Assembly (NCBI GenBank): GCA_000320545.1
Contig: ADNK01001082.1
Location: 111,296 to 175,295, forward strand
DNA from: Bigelowiella natans CCMP2755
Lineage: Eukaryota; Protista; Cercozoa
DNA: 64,000 nucleotides
Reading direction: 5' to 3'
The notes beneath the pieces are model-generated. The model was not told the origin of the DNA, searched no databases, and worked only from the letters and a program-made list of their open reading frames with translations. Position numbers and translations under genes: made by a program. Shown in pieces: positions 13,470 to 28,957 of this stretch. Positions within the stretch are counted from its first letter, which is position 1. Each line of letters begins with the position of its first letter.

Positions 13470-16181
13470 TCTTCCCCTTCTATTCATGTAGATGGTACCT
13501 GTAAGCGTTTTCCTTTCAAATTAATCCTGAAACATCCTTTCTTTTCTTCCTTCTTCTTGCCCTTTACGTAACAACACAACGTTTACTAAACACAAAAAGA
13601 AAAGAACTTCATCAACAAGAATGTGTGTTTTATTTTAGTTCGCAGCAATTCTTCTTCCTTGTCTGACCATGCTCATTATCATAACATCGCTGTCGTCCCT
13701 GCTCTCTAAATAATTACCAATATACTATGGAACTCTTTCAATTTGGGTACACGATGTGGGCCGTCTAACATCGTCATGTCATGAGGAAGTTGATAGACAG
13801 AAAGAACGGGGTTATGAGGAGGAGGAGCACAAAACTAGTTAGAGAGCGATAGGCGTGAGGTTGGAAGACACCAAGATGAGAAGAGATTGGATGATACCCC
13901 AATCCTCGATAAATTGAGGACAACGTGTGTCAGTGCGCTCGGGGAAAGGGTTGGCATACCTTGAAGTAATTTATAAAAAACATATCATTTCTTTGCCATC
14001 TACCATCGTAGAAAACTTCCGGTTAGATAAGGAAGTAAATGGACAAAAGCCGCATTACATCGTAAGCGTGTTCTCAAACAACGGGAGGAATCGCTGAAAA
14101 ATGGAGGAGATGTCCTGGTAAAGGGCCTTGTGCTTCAGAGGGTGAATCCCAGTTATGTATGATAGAATCTAAGGGAAACGAGAAGAGTGCTGGTTATGTA
14201 TGGCTGAAAGCTAAGGGGAAAGAAGAATAAAACGCGTCGTTGTGACAACAACATCCATCCGATGAGTGTAACTATGTAATCTATACTCGTTTGCATCTAC
14301 ACTAAGAATGAGCTGCTATCTATTTGAGAAGTTGCTTAGAAACACGTATAGCCGCAAACTTTCTCACCTTAACATCTCCCTGCGGAGAAACATCAAATTC
14401 TGCAGGAAGCCACCTTGTAAAGTATGTGCTCAGCACCGTTATGGATTCGGACAATGGGTGTAAAATATAGCTTTGAAAGTAAAAAAAGAAATCATACAAA
14501 TGAAAACAAATAAATCATACCTAATTCAATAATTACACAAAGGATTACGTCATATTAGACCATACATGAAATCACGCGAGAAATCGGATTGAGTGGCAGC
14601 TTGATATCGTTGGACGATGCTCATTGTCACTGAATTATTAATCTGAAAGCACAAAAAGAAGACGAAGATTAACAAGAAGGACAACAAGAAGAAAAAGAAG
14701 ATGACGATGAAAACGGATGATTCTTATACACACCACCAAAGAAAGAGAGAGGGAGAAGGGGGTGGCACGAAAGATATTTGTTGCGTATTCCTAACACTAT
14801 CCCTGCGTGTTCTCACCGCTAGTTGCATTGTTTGCCGTGCTTTCGAAGTCATAGTGCGGATTAAATTAAAAGGAAAGTCTCTGATATGTAGAATGTGAAT
14901 AATGAAACCAAGAGAAAACGATACTGTAACAACAACATCAGAAAGAGACAGCAGCAACCTCAAGGACGACATGATATAAGGACACCATCGTTTCCGCGGA
15001 CTTTGTGCTAGCAGCTCTTCGTTCGCTTCAGAATCATGCTAATATATTGAAGAAGATATGTCAAAGAATCACATGAAAGTTTCTATAATTTCGCAGTTTC
15101 TGTTGTAACTACTCGCTGACGCTTCTGGTTCATTTTCTTCACTTCCTTTTGCTTGTTGAGGCTAATAGTTATCTGTTTCTCCTTGAAGCTGTGCCACCTT
15201 TACACAGACACAACGAGCCTAAACATCATGAAGCTATTAATTTTCAATAAAAACATACCAAGTAGTATCTTCGAGGTCAAGATGTTGTTCCATTCTAATT
15301 TCGGAAATGCCCCGCACGTAACAGTACAATGACGGATGTACAATATCCAAAACCTAAATTAGTTCACGTGCACAATTACAACAGTAAATCTAAGCAATAT
15401 GGAAGGGATAAACTGATTAATGACCATCTGATTCGACTTCGGATGCCAATCTTTGGACCCCTATGAATATAGGAATTCATGTTAGCGAAGAGGCTGCCTG
15501 TTGTCGAGAATCAAGGATCAAGAGGTCAACGAGTCATTCACATTTTCCAACGGTTCAATATGGGTCAGATATGAATCTAGAAGCTTTCCCTCCACCAGAT
15601 TCCCGGCTTGAAACACCTGATCGAGAGGAAGATGCACTCTCAACATAGTCGTTAAAATTATCATTTCGAATCACCCCAATGACAGATGACATAGAGCTTT
15701 GTGTTTTGCTATCGGAAAATAACGCCAATTCCTCCAATTCTTTGAATGCACGATCCACCGCCTTTTTAAAATATATCCATGAAAACAATAGAGCGAGGTG
15801 TATTAGACAACGACAGGACTTCGAGCATACCGCCTCCGTCAGATATCGATCGCCCTGGTCGAGGGCTTCTTTCCGCCATTTCTTACGAATTTCGTTTTGT
15901 GAAAGTTTCCGTTCCCAATCCACCTTGCCGCACACCGCACCAATGAATCGGTCGATCTTTTTTTCCTGACATAATATTTTCTGTCTCAAATAGAGCAAGT
16001 AGAGGAGGAAAGCAAATCGTACAATTCTAAGCCTCGGTCGAAAAGCGCCGTAGCATCTGCCAATACAAAAATTTGAGCCCCGAAACTTCGATGGCCGAAC
16101 AACAAACCTGTCCCAAATAGGTTGAAGGCCATCACCAACGAATGGCTGGGTAAAACTTGGCGTTGAATTCGACGAGCTCAT
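11247..16181 (-). CDS. DUF4246-family protein (putative 2OG-Fe(II) oxygenase-like fold), multi-exon
   Basis: Spliced exons give GKVDWERK..IRKKWRKEAL, KDWHPKSNQMVLDIVHPSLYCYVRG, WLPAEFDV, SYITGIHPLKHKALY, VIVKIASIELTP, YPGGSWHVEGMRNENIVATGIYYY, MTLEEAKRHRLALMEER and the family-typical end FNLCEH*. Confidence 0.85.
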
Positions 16182-17257
16182 TGAACGATTGCGCCCTCCA
16201 GCTGGGTTTGGTTTGTGAAGGTCTTCCGAGTGGATCGGAGTGCTCTTTTAATGATGGAATTTGTGTTGTGCGACATGGAACAAGCATGTCGCGATCTGCA
16301 ATGGCATTGCTACACAGAGAAGTTGAACAATCTGCGAAGCTTCTCAGTTATGCGAAGTTCAACATTCAACATTCAATCGAAATTCCCGAGAATTCATTCA
16401 CCCACCTCACAAAAAACAAGTGACATCAGAGCACAGGCCAGCAGGTGGAGATTTGGCATCGGACGAACGAAAATGTTAGCCTAACTCTTTCCCAACAACA
16501 TGCTGATGCCGCTATTTTTCTTGCAGTATATTTTCTTAAGTGTGGCACAAAACACGGTGAGCAACCGCGTCACTGTGCACACGTGCACGCAACTGCCGTC
16601 GTCAGAACTCAAAATCCTGACCCGCACCTCTCACCCACGCACTCGAAACTCATGGTGTGAACTGAGGAGGGCGTGTTCCATGGCTTGAGCCCTCTTCCGG
16701 TTACGAAATGTTGTTGGGGATTTAGTCCATGTAGCGAGGTGGGGCTACAGAGGGGGGGGGGTGGCGAGAGCTAGAGCTTCTCAAATTCAACTTGAAATGT
16801 GCTAGTGTGTGGAGGTGCAAGTCCTTTTGAACCATGGACACAGTACAAATTGTAAATGTTGTATGCACGTGTGTGATGCACATTGAACACATCATGTGTG
16901 CGCATGTCCATCATTGTTTGAGCATGTCGAAACGCGGCGCACATGCAACGTACGCGTGTAGAACATCTCTAGATCTAGACGACATCTAGATGTGCGTACG
17001 TTGTGTCTATTGTTTTCTAACGATTCATTGCGCACGCACCACCACCGACAGCGGTGCACGCCACTGCTGCATGTACACACATGTCTAGATCTACTACTGC
17101 ACACAATGCGGGGGATGTCCAAAAATGCAAGAAAAGAGAATCGGAATCATGATTCATGATTCTATCGAACAATTATTTAAATCCATTTCATATTCTGACA
17201 TTTTAGACATATTTATCGATTTTCGTACGTTGTTATGACACGCGGTATTTTTGCTGC

Positions 17258-17427
17258 TTAAACTAAGTCCTCAACATTTTGGGGCGGATACTTTTGCTTC
17301 GAGAAGCTAACTAATCTCTTTACTGACTGGATATACCTAGAGAGTAGAAGGGATATTAAGTACAAGTAGTTCATTACAAAATGAATGATATCTAGAAGCA
17401 GTGAAAGGAAAACAAGACACTCACACA

Positions 17428-17468
<41 letters not shown>

Positions 17469-20045
17469 GAAAAAATATTTTCGGAGTAAGGGAGACCAAC
17501 TTTCTCTGTGTGTCGTCATTAAGCACGTGCGCAACATTTTGCGAAAAGATCTTGGATCTTCCGGCACGTTCGTGAATCCCAACCATAGTGACCTTCGCAA
17601 AGAGATAATATTACATAAATGTAATTTGAATTTTATCAACCATTATAGCTTATATGACAATAAAAAAATACTCTGCAGAGTTTTCACAAAGCGATTCAGT
17701 GTTTTCAGTGGCGTTTCGGTTTGATGAATGGGAAATACTATTGTTTTCGTACATAATGAGCTATATAATTCGGAAGACGGTTCGAAAAATAAAATATCAA
17801 GTGTACAAAGAAAGGTCTTACCCCCATGGGCCAAGCAGCATTTCCAATAGCAAGCATCATATATGCTTCATTGGCAGCCTTATAGTTGCGCTTCTCGCAG
17901 CTTACAACAATTTTCAGCAAGTGCTTGAATACATCCTAGATACGATGAATTCATATCAAGCATATTGTTGATCATAAGGCATGTGCATCGTATGAGCATA
18001 CAGACATTACATATTCGTTTGTATCACAATAGACGGTGAAATGAACCTGTCCAATAGTTTTATTCTTTAACAGCTTGAAAAGCGGCTTGATAAATTGCCG
18101 GCATTGCTTCTGCGTCGCGCTATCTTTTTTCCCAAAAGCGGAGCTCTTCTCTTCGTTGTCTCTTTTTTCTATTACACAAATTATTCATATGAGGCTATAT
18201 TTTTTTAAAATTAATACTATAAATGCATTTTTTATTTGAGGAATATAGGCATGCAGACTCGCGCAATAGTGATGGCAGTTTTATATTCAAACAAAAAGCA
18301 AAATTGTTTGCCGTTACATGACACGGCTATGTCGCAGAACAAAAGGAAACTGTGGTCATTTAAATGGCACAGCCGGAAGAGATTGCAAGATTTAATATAT
18401 TTTAAATTTAAAATTCTCTAAAACTTCAATGATTCTGTATGCAAATTAGGAATTTCATTTATCGTTTGACAACTCTCACTTTCAGTACTATAGAAACTCT
18501 CGAAAATGATTCATGGAATGAAATGCTTGATATTGTGCAAAACCTAGTTCATCTTCCCACTCATACAACATGCGCTTAAAGAAGTAAAGCACGTATTGAT
18601 GATCGCTCTTGAAACTTTCTCTTGGTCTCTCCTTCGTATACTTGGCCATTTGCCTCTCTTTTCGAAGCTGATAGTTATTATTTCACAGAGTGTCAAAGTT
18701 CGCATGCACGTCATGACGTTCTCGAAGATCAAGTGTGCTTGTAAGAAGTAAAAGCATTCAGGTTGATCAAAGGAAATGTTGGGAGGAGAGAGGAGAGAGA
18801 AGGTGAGTAAATTCTAATGCTCAGGTTGAATTTTTAGATCCCAAAACAAAAGATAACATCAATCATTTTTCCTCCATACTGCCATCAACTATAATTTCTT
18901 ATAGTACTCCATGATATTTGAACCTGCTCCTCCTTCTGGTGCTCATCACCCATCCCAGCGGCAATCTCTGCAGCTATGAGTTCGTCCTCGACCTCCTTTT
19001 GTAACAGGAGTCGGAAATCGTCCTTTGATCCCATTGATCCTGATCAAATGAGAAGAGCCGCAATCCAAAATTAAAGTATGGAAACAAATAGACTTTCTTC
19101 ATTCGAGCTGTTACCTGCCATTCTTTCGTGTGCAATTAACTCTTCTGCCTTAAGACGCTTCCATCGTTGTAATTCAGTTTCGCCAAAAAGAGTGATAGGA
19201 TGTCCTAGAAGCCGCAACCTATTCGACGTTTAAAAGTGGAAAATATTTGTGTCGAAGAAGATCAGGTATAGGAAACCTCGAACGCATTTATAAACGCAAT
19301 ATTTCCTCACGAAATTTCTCGGAAATGTCTATGATCATATATTTACCCAATATCTAGTGTTGATTCAATCATATTTGATACCGTTTCTTGACTTCCCATA
19401 TGGAGGGGAGATCTTCAAGTTTGACGTCTTCCTCATTGTTCTTAGATGTTTCCTTTTCTTCTTCTTCCAACGGGGGTAGACCTAATCGTGCTCTCCTACG
19501 ATTCTCTTTCTTTCTCCGCCTAAGAGCAAGAGAGTATGAAGGAATTGTAGTAAAGTGTATGGATTGTTTTTTATTGTTGACACCGAAGTGAATCTTATCT
19601 CCCGCATTGTTCATTAAAACTAATTACCTTTCCTCTCGTTGCTCCTCTTTTTGTTTTCGTTCCTTCTCCGTAGCCTCTTGTCGTTTGCGCATTTCAATTT
19701 CATCCTCCTTTTGTGCTATCTCGCCTCTTCGACGATACTTCTTTCCACCATCTTCTCCATCAACCAGCTTTCGCTTTTTCTAAGTTCATTTTTCATGGGA
19801 TAAAATTACATAAATTATCGCTCCATTGAATAATCATCTTCTACTCTTATGAGGTGAACTCGAGTTGGCACATAGAAAAATAACTGCCATCGTTGTAATC
19901 GAACTCGATTTTCCATTTTTTGGGATACAACTATCGCATTCGTTGAGTGCGTATGCGTGTGATTTGTTGACACATAATGCCATAGGTAAGTAGATACCGT
20001 GAGACTTGTTTGTGTCTCAGCAATGAGCGCATTAAAGGCGTCCAT
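17258..20045 (-). CDS. PRP18: Pre-mRNA splicing factor Prp18, multi-exon
   Basis: [15 protein letters not shown] (PRP4-like motif), [82 protein letters not shown]. Stop TAA at 17258-17260. Confidence 0.93.
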
Positions 20046-20420
20046 CCTGTATGTCTTAAACACCAGGAGAAAGTTCGAAAGAAATGCACTCTGGCGGGTG
20101 GGGCAACTGGAGGAAGCCTTCACAAAAACTAAGATGCAAATGCGAAATTCATTTCGGGACCACTATATTTTGCTTAAAAAATAAATATTTTTGTTGTCGC
20201 TCTACAGAATTTAGGCGTAATTGGTTTCGGAACATAGCCGCCGAGGAACATTCAGAATTCTAGAGGCCTATTTCGAGATGTCGCTTAAGGAGAATTACAC
20301 CCATTGTTTGCATCTCAGTGAACTTATCTCCTATGTAAATAGACGTTAGTCGTAGAATCAAATCGTAGGACATTTTTGGGATATTTTCATATCTAAGAGA
20401 CAGCTGACCTCGCACAAAAC
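20046..20420. promoter_or_regulatory. Probable bidirectional promoter region (PRP18 / group XII PLA2)
   Basis: Divergent start codons about 375 bp apart. Confidence 0.5.
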
Positions 20421-21183
20421 ATGAGAAGTTGCACTCTCTCCCTCCCCTTCGCGGCCGTTGTGCTCACTCTCCTTGATGTAGGAGGATTAGGTAAACCGTG
20501 CAAAGATCCTTCGTGCTTGTAGACTGTGTGTGTGTGTGTGTGTTTGAGAGGTAGGAAAGAAGAGTGCAGATGGCTTTGCAACCCACAGCATCACAGATAT
20601 TCGCTACTGATCATAATCATTGCTCTGGTGTCAGTGAAGGGCAACGACGACTTTATGCAAGCTCTTGGCGGACTTTTCGGGGGTGGAGGAGGCGCTGGTC
20701 GTGTTTATTTAATAGGCATATAAACAGTGAATAAAAAATTCTATGTGCACATAAATGCTCGAAATGCTCTATGTGAGCGTGTGCCTGTATATTGTGTAGC
20801 GAGTGTATCCAGTGGTTATAGTAAATTGTATAATGATGCGATTGTATGCTTTAATGATCATAGAGTGCAAACAGTTTCGCTGCAAGAAAGGATCGGTAAA
20901 TTCGTAGTTATTATCGTGGTACGAAAGACACGAGAAGGAACCTCCGTCACTGACGAAAACTGCATCAAGATTAACTATCCTGAAATGCAAAATGAGCATT
21001 ATTCACTTGTCTCTATGTTGATTCAGCTGCCAGTAATGACAGAAGACGGGTGGAATTTATGGGCGAATGGCTGTGGGGCGATGGGGATACAAGTCAGGTA
21101 AAATTTTGCTTTTATGAACGACGGCATAGACAGTCACTATTATTTCCCACAATTTCGAAAGCCGGAATCGTATACTCTCTGAG

Positions 21184-21241
<58 letters not shown>

Positions 21242-22607
21242 TTCATATAATGTATTGGGATAGTTATGCGGAAAGTCGCCGATAATTGTTATCTTACGAC
21301 ACGAGAGACTATAATATCGAAGCATAAGAACCATAATATCTGAGTTTCACTGTTACTGTGTATACATCATACTACCAACTGTTGGCTTAGTTCTGGGGAA
21401 TTTAATTTCACTCGTTGCTGCGATTTCCACGATGTTTGTTACGGGTAGGCAGGGTCGAACAATTGTAAAATAGAATTCTCATCACATATGCAACCTAGGA
21501 TAGTATGTTCGTTTTCATGGCGTCTCCCAAACTTCCAACCACCACCTGAGTAGTGCCGTTGTCCTTCAGGATATGTGGAATGAAGATGAAAATCTGCGAA
21601 GACCGTTTTTCTCAATGCCTGAACAACGTGTGCGGGGCATATGGTGAGTGATGAGAAGAACACTGTGCTCTGTGATACTTGGTATGCGACATGTACGTAT
21701 TCATAGCTTTCTCACCACAAGTTTTGTCAACAGGTTCGGAGCAGAAGGACAGTTGCTTACAGACAGCAAATACGTTTAAAATGGGAACCAAATTGCTCGG
21801 GTGTCAGGTGTGTTCTCTACTAGTGATCACACACACACACACACACACACACTTCATGCGGTGGTGAATACATCGATTGTCTATTCTTCTGCTTTGTATG
21901 GAGATCATGACTCAACCTGGATAACTTGCTGACAACGGCTGAAATGCCTTCGTGTCTCCCCCTTCTCCACGCGCAAGTAGTTGTTTCAAGAATCGCAAAA
22001 CTCGAATTGCCAATGCGTTGCAAAGGACACCGTGCAGCAGAAAAGGAAGGAAGATCTGGATAACTTACTGCATAAATACGGGTCGCTACTACGATAAATA
22101 CCTAGTAAAAAATCTTCTTACTGAAAGCTTGATGATAATATCGATTGATTATGTCCCGCATAGGCGCGTGCCGTTGTAGTGACGAACCCGAAAAGCATTA
22201 ATACAACTTACAAAACACAATAACATAACACAATTACCACACAATACTTTGTACTCGCGTTTTCGCTATTTGAAGGGACAGCAGAGACGGCAGCGCTCTA
22301 ATGGGGGAAAAAAAGTCAACAAACAAGTATGCAAAGCTGGTAGCAGATGTCATTGAGGCGCATTATCCGGGTGATATATCTTTGAAAGAGTCAGAAACAA
22401 ACCAATTAAACGTAAAACGTATGGCCCAATGAGAGGACCTGAAGGCCTTGTTTCTCCCAACTATGGCAAGGCTGTTATACTGATCTCTGCTGTTGTATTT
22501 CCCCAGACTCCATTGAAATTCGGGATCCTCGGCGACAGAGGGGAAAAGAAACAGATGAAGCCACGATTTCTGATTCGCCCCACAAAGCGACTGAAGATGA
22601 ACTTTAA
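20421..22607 (+). CDS. Group XII secretory phospholipase A2 homolog, multi-exon
   Basis: Hydrophobic leader, then NGCGAMG, FTRCCDFHDVCYGICG (His-Asp catalytic motif), CEDRFSQCLNNVC, CLQTANTFKMGTKLLGC and FQESQNSNCQC. Last exon ends ...ATEDEL*. First exon and start codon less certain. Confidence 0.85.
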
Positions 22608-23078
22608 CATTATTGGGCTTTAGTAGCAAAATAATTAGCAATAAAAACAATTTTTCGACAGCAATAAGCTCTTATTTGCATTGTGCAATGCTATGTTCCA
22701 ACAGCCAACAGCATACAAATCATGCCAGTGACGCTCGCACACTTTCGTCTAGTTTTATGCTGCGCATACACTCGCTTCCAGCCGTGCATATATATGCGTT
22801 TTGACTCATAACCATATAGTGCATTGCATTTGTCTGTATATAAAGCTACGCAATTGCCGGCGTTGCAGACAAATACTTTACGTGCATACACATTCGTCAT
22901 GACTTTCCATATGACTTCGCAACACGCCATGCATTTCCCGCGCAAACATACAGCGCACACATTCACTGCGCTCATGATCTCTCGCACGTTCATTACTAAG
23001 CTCCAGCTTCATATATATGTTTAGATCGTTCATCATGCTATGAACATGCTAATGAGAACGATGACGAAGTCATATTTT

Positions 23079-23605
23079 CTACCTTCTTCCTGCGGTCGTC
23101 GTCAACATTTGTAAATGTCGCGCGTCTTTTTGGGCTCTAGTATCACCGAAGAGAATTGCAGCCGTACTTGCGACGATGAAAGGAACGCACATTGCCCATT
23201 TCACCAATCTATACGCTCGAGTATTGACATCAACCGCAATGCTATCCTCCTGCTGCCAGCCATACCTTCAAAATAAAAGCATGAGTAAGGAACAGATCTC
23301 GCCAAATGTGTCGGAAGGCATAAGAATTTCGTGATGTGTGATTATCCAATTGAATGTTTCAAGTGATTGCCATACCAGTCGATGATCTTAACTTGAATTC
23401 GATGCTGCCCTGTGAGATGCAATCAAGAGAATATATTCAAATCCATCTCCTTCAGGAGGAAGAGCACAATGATGGCAAAACCGAAATTTTTTTAGTTTTC
23501 GGGCAAAGTGAAGTTTTGTTCATAGGTGAAACATTTAAAAAACGCATCTTGCAACTCGCCATTTGCTTCGAAAACTCTTGCTGCTTTCTGCATCAATGCT
23601 CGAGT

Positions 23606-23653
<48 letters not shown>

Positions 23654-24374
23654 TTTATTCTGTTTGACCTGGAAGATTTGGCGCTGGAATTCGGATCAGA
23701 TGGTTACCTATAACACACACACAAGATTTATAACCATTCTCGTAGCTAATAGCATTAGATACGATATATCGTTAGCAACCCCACCTTTTTCAGCTGAGAA
23801 CGAATTATCCCCCCCCCCCGTGCCATGCTCACAATCAACACAATCTCCAACACTGCCTTTTACAACTTTCCCATCGAGGTATACGAATACGCGCGACCTC
23901 CCCCCTTCTTCAACATGTGGGGTTGCGAGGGACGGGGGGTGGACATTGTAAGACACACTTATTTCCCTACCAGTAACCTACACGCAGTAAGTACCAAACG
24001 ACGTGAGAGTTGCAAACACCAATGGAAGTGAATCAGCGCCGTATTTAATTTCACTAGAAATGTGATAAATCGCATCTGAAAGAGCCATGTTTTTCATGCA
24101 TTGATTCCATACACGTCAAGACGTGTGTTACCTCTTTACAACACTGAAACGGGCATACTTGCTAGTTTTACATGTGCATGTGCCAATAGTCATCGTCATC
24201 ATCATCGCTCATCGTCATTATCACCATCTCAAGTGCGGCTGTTGCTTTGTCGAATTCAATGCCATATCCAACCACACCTTTAGATAGGTATATAGGGTTA
24301 CGTCATGGTGCTTCATCCACAAGCGTGCCAACACACGCACACACACAACCAAACACAGAGACACTGTACATATG

Positions 24375-24411
<37 letters not shown>

Positions 24412-24676
24412 CATATATGTAAATACAGTATACACTTTTAAAAAAACAGTAGCGATGGAAGAATACGACGATGACGATACCTGAATGGCGTTCAAAAGGC
24501 CCATGGCGCATATACTGGGTTGTTATTGCTGCAAGGGGACTATATCGATGCGCGCTTGATATGCAAAATACAGAGCCTGCAGGGGTGATGGAGGTGGTGA
24601 TGATGACGAAGGTGAGCACCGCAGCATAGATTAACCAAATCAATATCTTAAGAAATTGCTTACACACACACACACA

Positions 24677-24718
<42 letters not shown>

Positions 24719-25435
24719 TTACAGACATATTCATGCATGTTTTGTAGCAAAATTGTACCCTGGAACGTCGAAACAAGCAGGTCAACTTTCCCGTGGCCTT
24801 TGTTGTTGTTGTTGTTGTTGTTGTTGTATATTAGTGTTAAAGGCATAGAATCAGACTAGTGAGCCAAAACACAAATATCCATCCTTTGAGGATCATGACA
24901 TACAAACTGAATAATGAACCCTTTTAACACTTGCAAATACGACTACCCAAGATATCGTCTACAAGCACCATTGAGTACGCCTCCTCGCCTCCTAGATCGA
25001 TCTTGAATGTACATCCTAAATCGCAGTAATCGTAAGAAGCTAATACACGCGACATCTATATAATCAACATATATCGAATTATTCACAATTCAATTGATTT
25101 CTCAAGACAAACGTGTCGCCGTGAACTTATGCGTGCGTTTGCGTCATTTCAAACGGAAAAACAGAGGAATTTCATCCCGCGACATGGCAATAAAATACAC
25201 AGCATTTTTCAGTTCTGCTTTAGAGTTTTGAGATTTATAGATCTTCGGATACACACCTGTCTTGCCGTTGATGACGTACAAGAAACCATCAAAAGCAGGA
25301 AAAATAATGTGCAGAGCATTTTCACTCTTTTCGGCAGGTTGTCGGCTATTTGGAAGCAATGAGTCCGATAAATCAGCTATAGTGACCTATTATTAGATAA
25401 GAACCAATCTAAGAAATGCACAAAGTTACATGTGC

Positions 25436-25475
<40 letters not shown>

Positions 25476-25757
25476 TTATATTTATATTCAGCACACTGTT
25501 GATGAGAACCGGGGCGATAACATGCGCTCCGATCTTTATTGGGAAATTCTCTAATGTGTCGCCTGCAAAATGTAGTGCGAAACAATGCGTTAATTTGACA
25601 AAAACTGCACGTATTCGCAGCACGCATATTCTAATAGCATTCTAATAGCTTTCCAAGTGGCAGCGACAATTGAAAGGTTCTTTGTAGCCTTGCTCTTGTA
25701 AGCTATTTTGAGTACAAATTCATCCTTATTTCGTCGCTTAAGATATGGGGTTACACC

Positions 25758-25799
<42 letters not shown>

Positions 25800-25904
25800 A
25801 ACGCTTGTGTCACCCGTTTCTCCGTCTAAAGCCCAGATGAATGGAGAATTCGCAAGACCAAATACTATATCGCTCTGGCGACGAAGATTCAATGATAAAA
25901 TATG

Positions 25905-25961
<57 letters not shown>

Positions 25962-28356
25962 CCTCATATGAACATATATCGAATACAATGTAATCGATGT
26001 GTTTGCGTATTTATGGACGTGCGTATCACGTATTGAGTGTGACTTATGCATAATGAAAGTGGTTTGTTATTAGAGAGACCTTTCCGTCTTGATTGATATC
26101 ACCAATACCTACACGCATTCACAGTCCACGGTTAGAAGCGTCCATCAGCATGATGCTCTCCAATGATATGCGTGTGAAAACAACATTTTAAAAACTGCCG
26201 CACAAACAAACCAAACCAAGGGCCGGCACTTAAAGCCATTGTGGTTATGTTTCTTACACGTCATTTGAAGTTATGCGAGACAGCACGCAATCGCAAAATC
26301 TAGATATACGATAAATATATGGAGATAGTCGCTCCTTGTTTACTTGGTGTTTGGGTTGCAAAGCCACTGACTGTCCTGCTCCAGATCTCGTTCCCTATGG
26401 CGACGAATACCAAGATCAAGATAATGTACAACTATGTGTATGCGGTGACCTTCCCATTTCTTACTATGATTGTGAGTATATTCATATCTACGAGTTGTCC
26501 GTGATGGTATCAATAAATTGTATGATGCACAAGTAAGAGTGTGTGTGTGTGTGTGCGCGCGCGCGCGCATTCGGCTGATCATCCATTGTTGTTTGTCAAT
26601 CTTCAATGAGATAGATAAAAACCTTCGCAATCAAATGAAGCTATGTTTCCGTTAGCATCTGCAACCTACAATACACATCAAAATTCAATGCACAGGAACG
26701 ATCATTAGAGGCATCAGTGCATATGGCTCAGTTTGCAACGTGTGTGCTTGTTGGGTGGGTTCATCTGATGTGTGATCGTCACCAAAAGCTCTAGTCGATT
26801 GTCTTTAACCTAACCAAATGAAAAAGGAGATGTTTCTATTGTTACGTTCCATATAAAACTGCCAATTTGTTTGAATCTGCTACTGTGCGTGTACGTCTAT
26901 ATGACTAGCACCACCCACCAGATCAACAGCTGCGACTTGGGCCTGTATATCGCCTGGTGTCCGTGCGAAATGATATATACAAACACAAACACAAAAATCA
27001 GAATGCACAAATGCTCAAACTGATGAACGTGTAAAAATTAGTATTTCATACGGATGCGTGCGTGTGCATTGCAGCACTCATATGTGCAAAAAGTAGACTT
27101 ACTGACCCAATATGATCGGGAAGTTGCGATGAACTTCACCCTGAAATCACGTGGAGGACAAAGTGGCCATCAAAGCGAAAATGGACGTGTGTGAAAATCA
27201 TTAAAAGCGACTTCTCACCAGACTGAATAAACTAGATGTTTGTCATAATGGCTGCATATGTATTTATATAAATATACATATGCTCTTGTGTATTCAAGGT
27301 GACGAGGATAATAATACAACGAGTTTCAACGATTCTGAAGGGTTCTAACGAGTGCTTGCTGCTTTTCATCGACGCATATTCATCAAAACCATTCGTTTGT
27401 GCGCAAACCATCACTATCCCTGAGGTACGCTCGTTGTGTTGTGTGCAGTACCGTTCTAGCGTCGAGTCGATAAACAAAACTGAACAGCGAAAACGATTGA
27501 ACACACGGATTATTGCAAAGAAATAGCGAGTCGCTTTAAGAAGGAACATATTCAGAAAGGCCACCATTCATCTTAAAAAGCGTAATGATTTAAATCGTTG
27601 TTATCCTCGTGTCTTATGATTGTGCAGCATTCTTACCCTAGACGGGTGGCTACTACAACATCCATACTTCCATCCATATCCAAGTCACATACGGTTGGCG
27701 TCTTGAAAGCAATCACAGTATATGGCCAACCGGTAAACATGCGTCAATCAATCAATCAATCAATCAATCCATCAAACAATGAATCAACGGCTATCAGAGT
27801 AAGAGGCTGTCTAAACAACAACCCAACAAAAGTCCAACAGGTGATATATGAGTAGGTATATCGACGATATTTTTATTTTCATTTAATACATTGGGAGAAG
27901 GTGGAAAACAGCTCAAAACGCCTCCGCAAAAACATGCACGTTTGATAATACAGTACCGCGTAAATCATGGCCTTCAAATCCGTCTTGGCGGTGGTGAGGT
28001 CAAGATGCTTTTGCCACAAGATCTCCCTGGTTTCGAGTGAGATCTGCATACAGCGCAATGGGTGTGAATGGAAAGAACATCAGAGTGAATATGAAACCGA
28101 TCCAGTATACAAGTAGACAGAACAGCCGTGCTTATACGTGTGTGCATGCGTGTAAGTGATACACACTCTCTCTCTCTCTCACACATATAATATACATACA
28201 CGCACACATTGAATAGCACATGGAAACAACTGACTCATTAATATATTACAGATATGACTCCAGCAGCAACGTAGTTCCTCAAATCCAGATCTTTTGGCAA
28301 GTCGGCTGTTAAATCTGGATGCGACTTGAAGTACCTAGAATTTCGAACAAAAATGG

Positions 28357-28392
<36 letters not shown>

Positions 28393-28912
28393 GTTTCCCC
28401 TTCCTATTTGCTGCATTGACCGAGGAAGATTAGGATATACTACTTCACATACCATTGATCAAAGTAGTATGATACCGCCACCTAGCAATGACGTTGATGA
28501 AAGTCAGATATGATTCGAGAATGTGATGCAAGCCGCACTTATTACCATCAGAACGTCGTCGTATCCATCGAAGTCCAAATCAACTGCACGTGTACGAGAA
28601 GAAGGAGAGATATCAGCAAGAATTAACAACACCAAGAACTAACAAGGGGGGGAATTGAATGCAGCAGCTACTATCGTGTATGCTCCTCCATTGTCTTCGC
28701 GAATTCTTAATGGCTTTGGACGTGTATACATGCACAGCTGCATTGCTACAACATCTAGCATTGTAGAAGCAGTAGTAGTAATAGTAGCAGTAGTCGTACG
28801 TACCCAATACAGGGTTTGCTAGCACGTGCGGATTTATCCGCTATATGCGTGGGAACACTGCTGCTCTCTCTTGATAGTTATGGTGTCCATTCAAATTGTG
28901 CAAATGAGGCAT

Positions 28913-28957
<45 letters not shown>

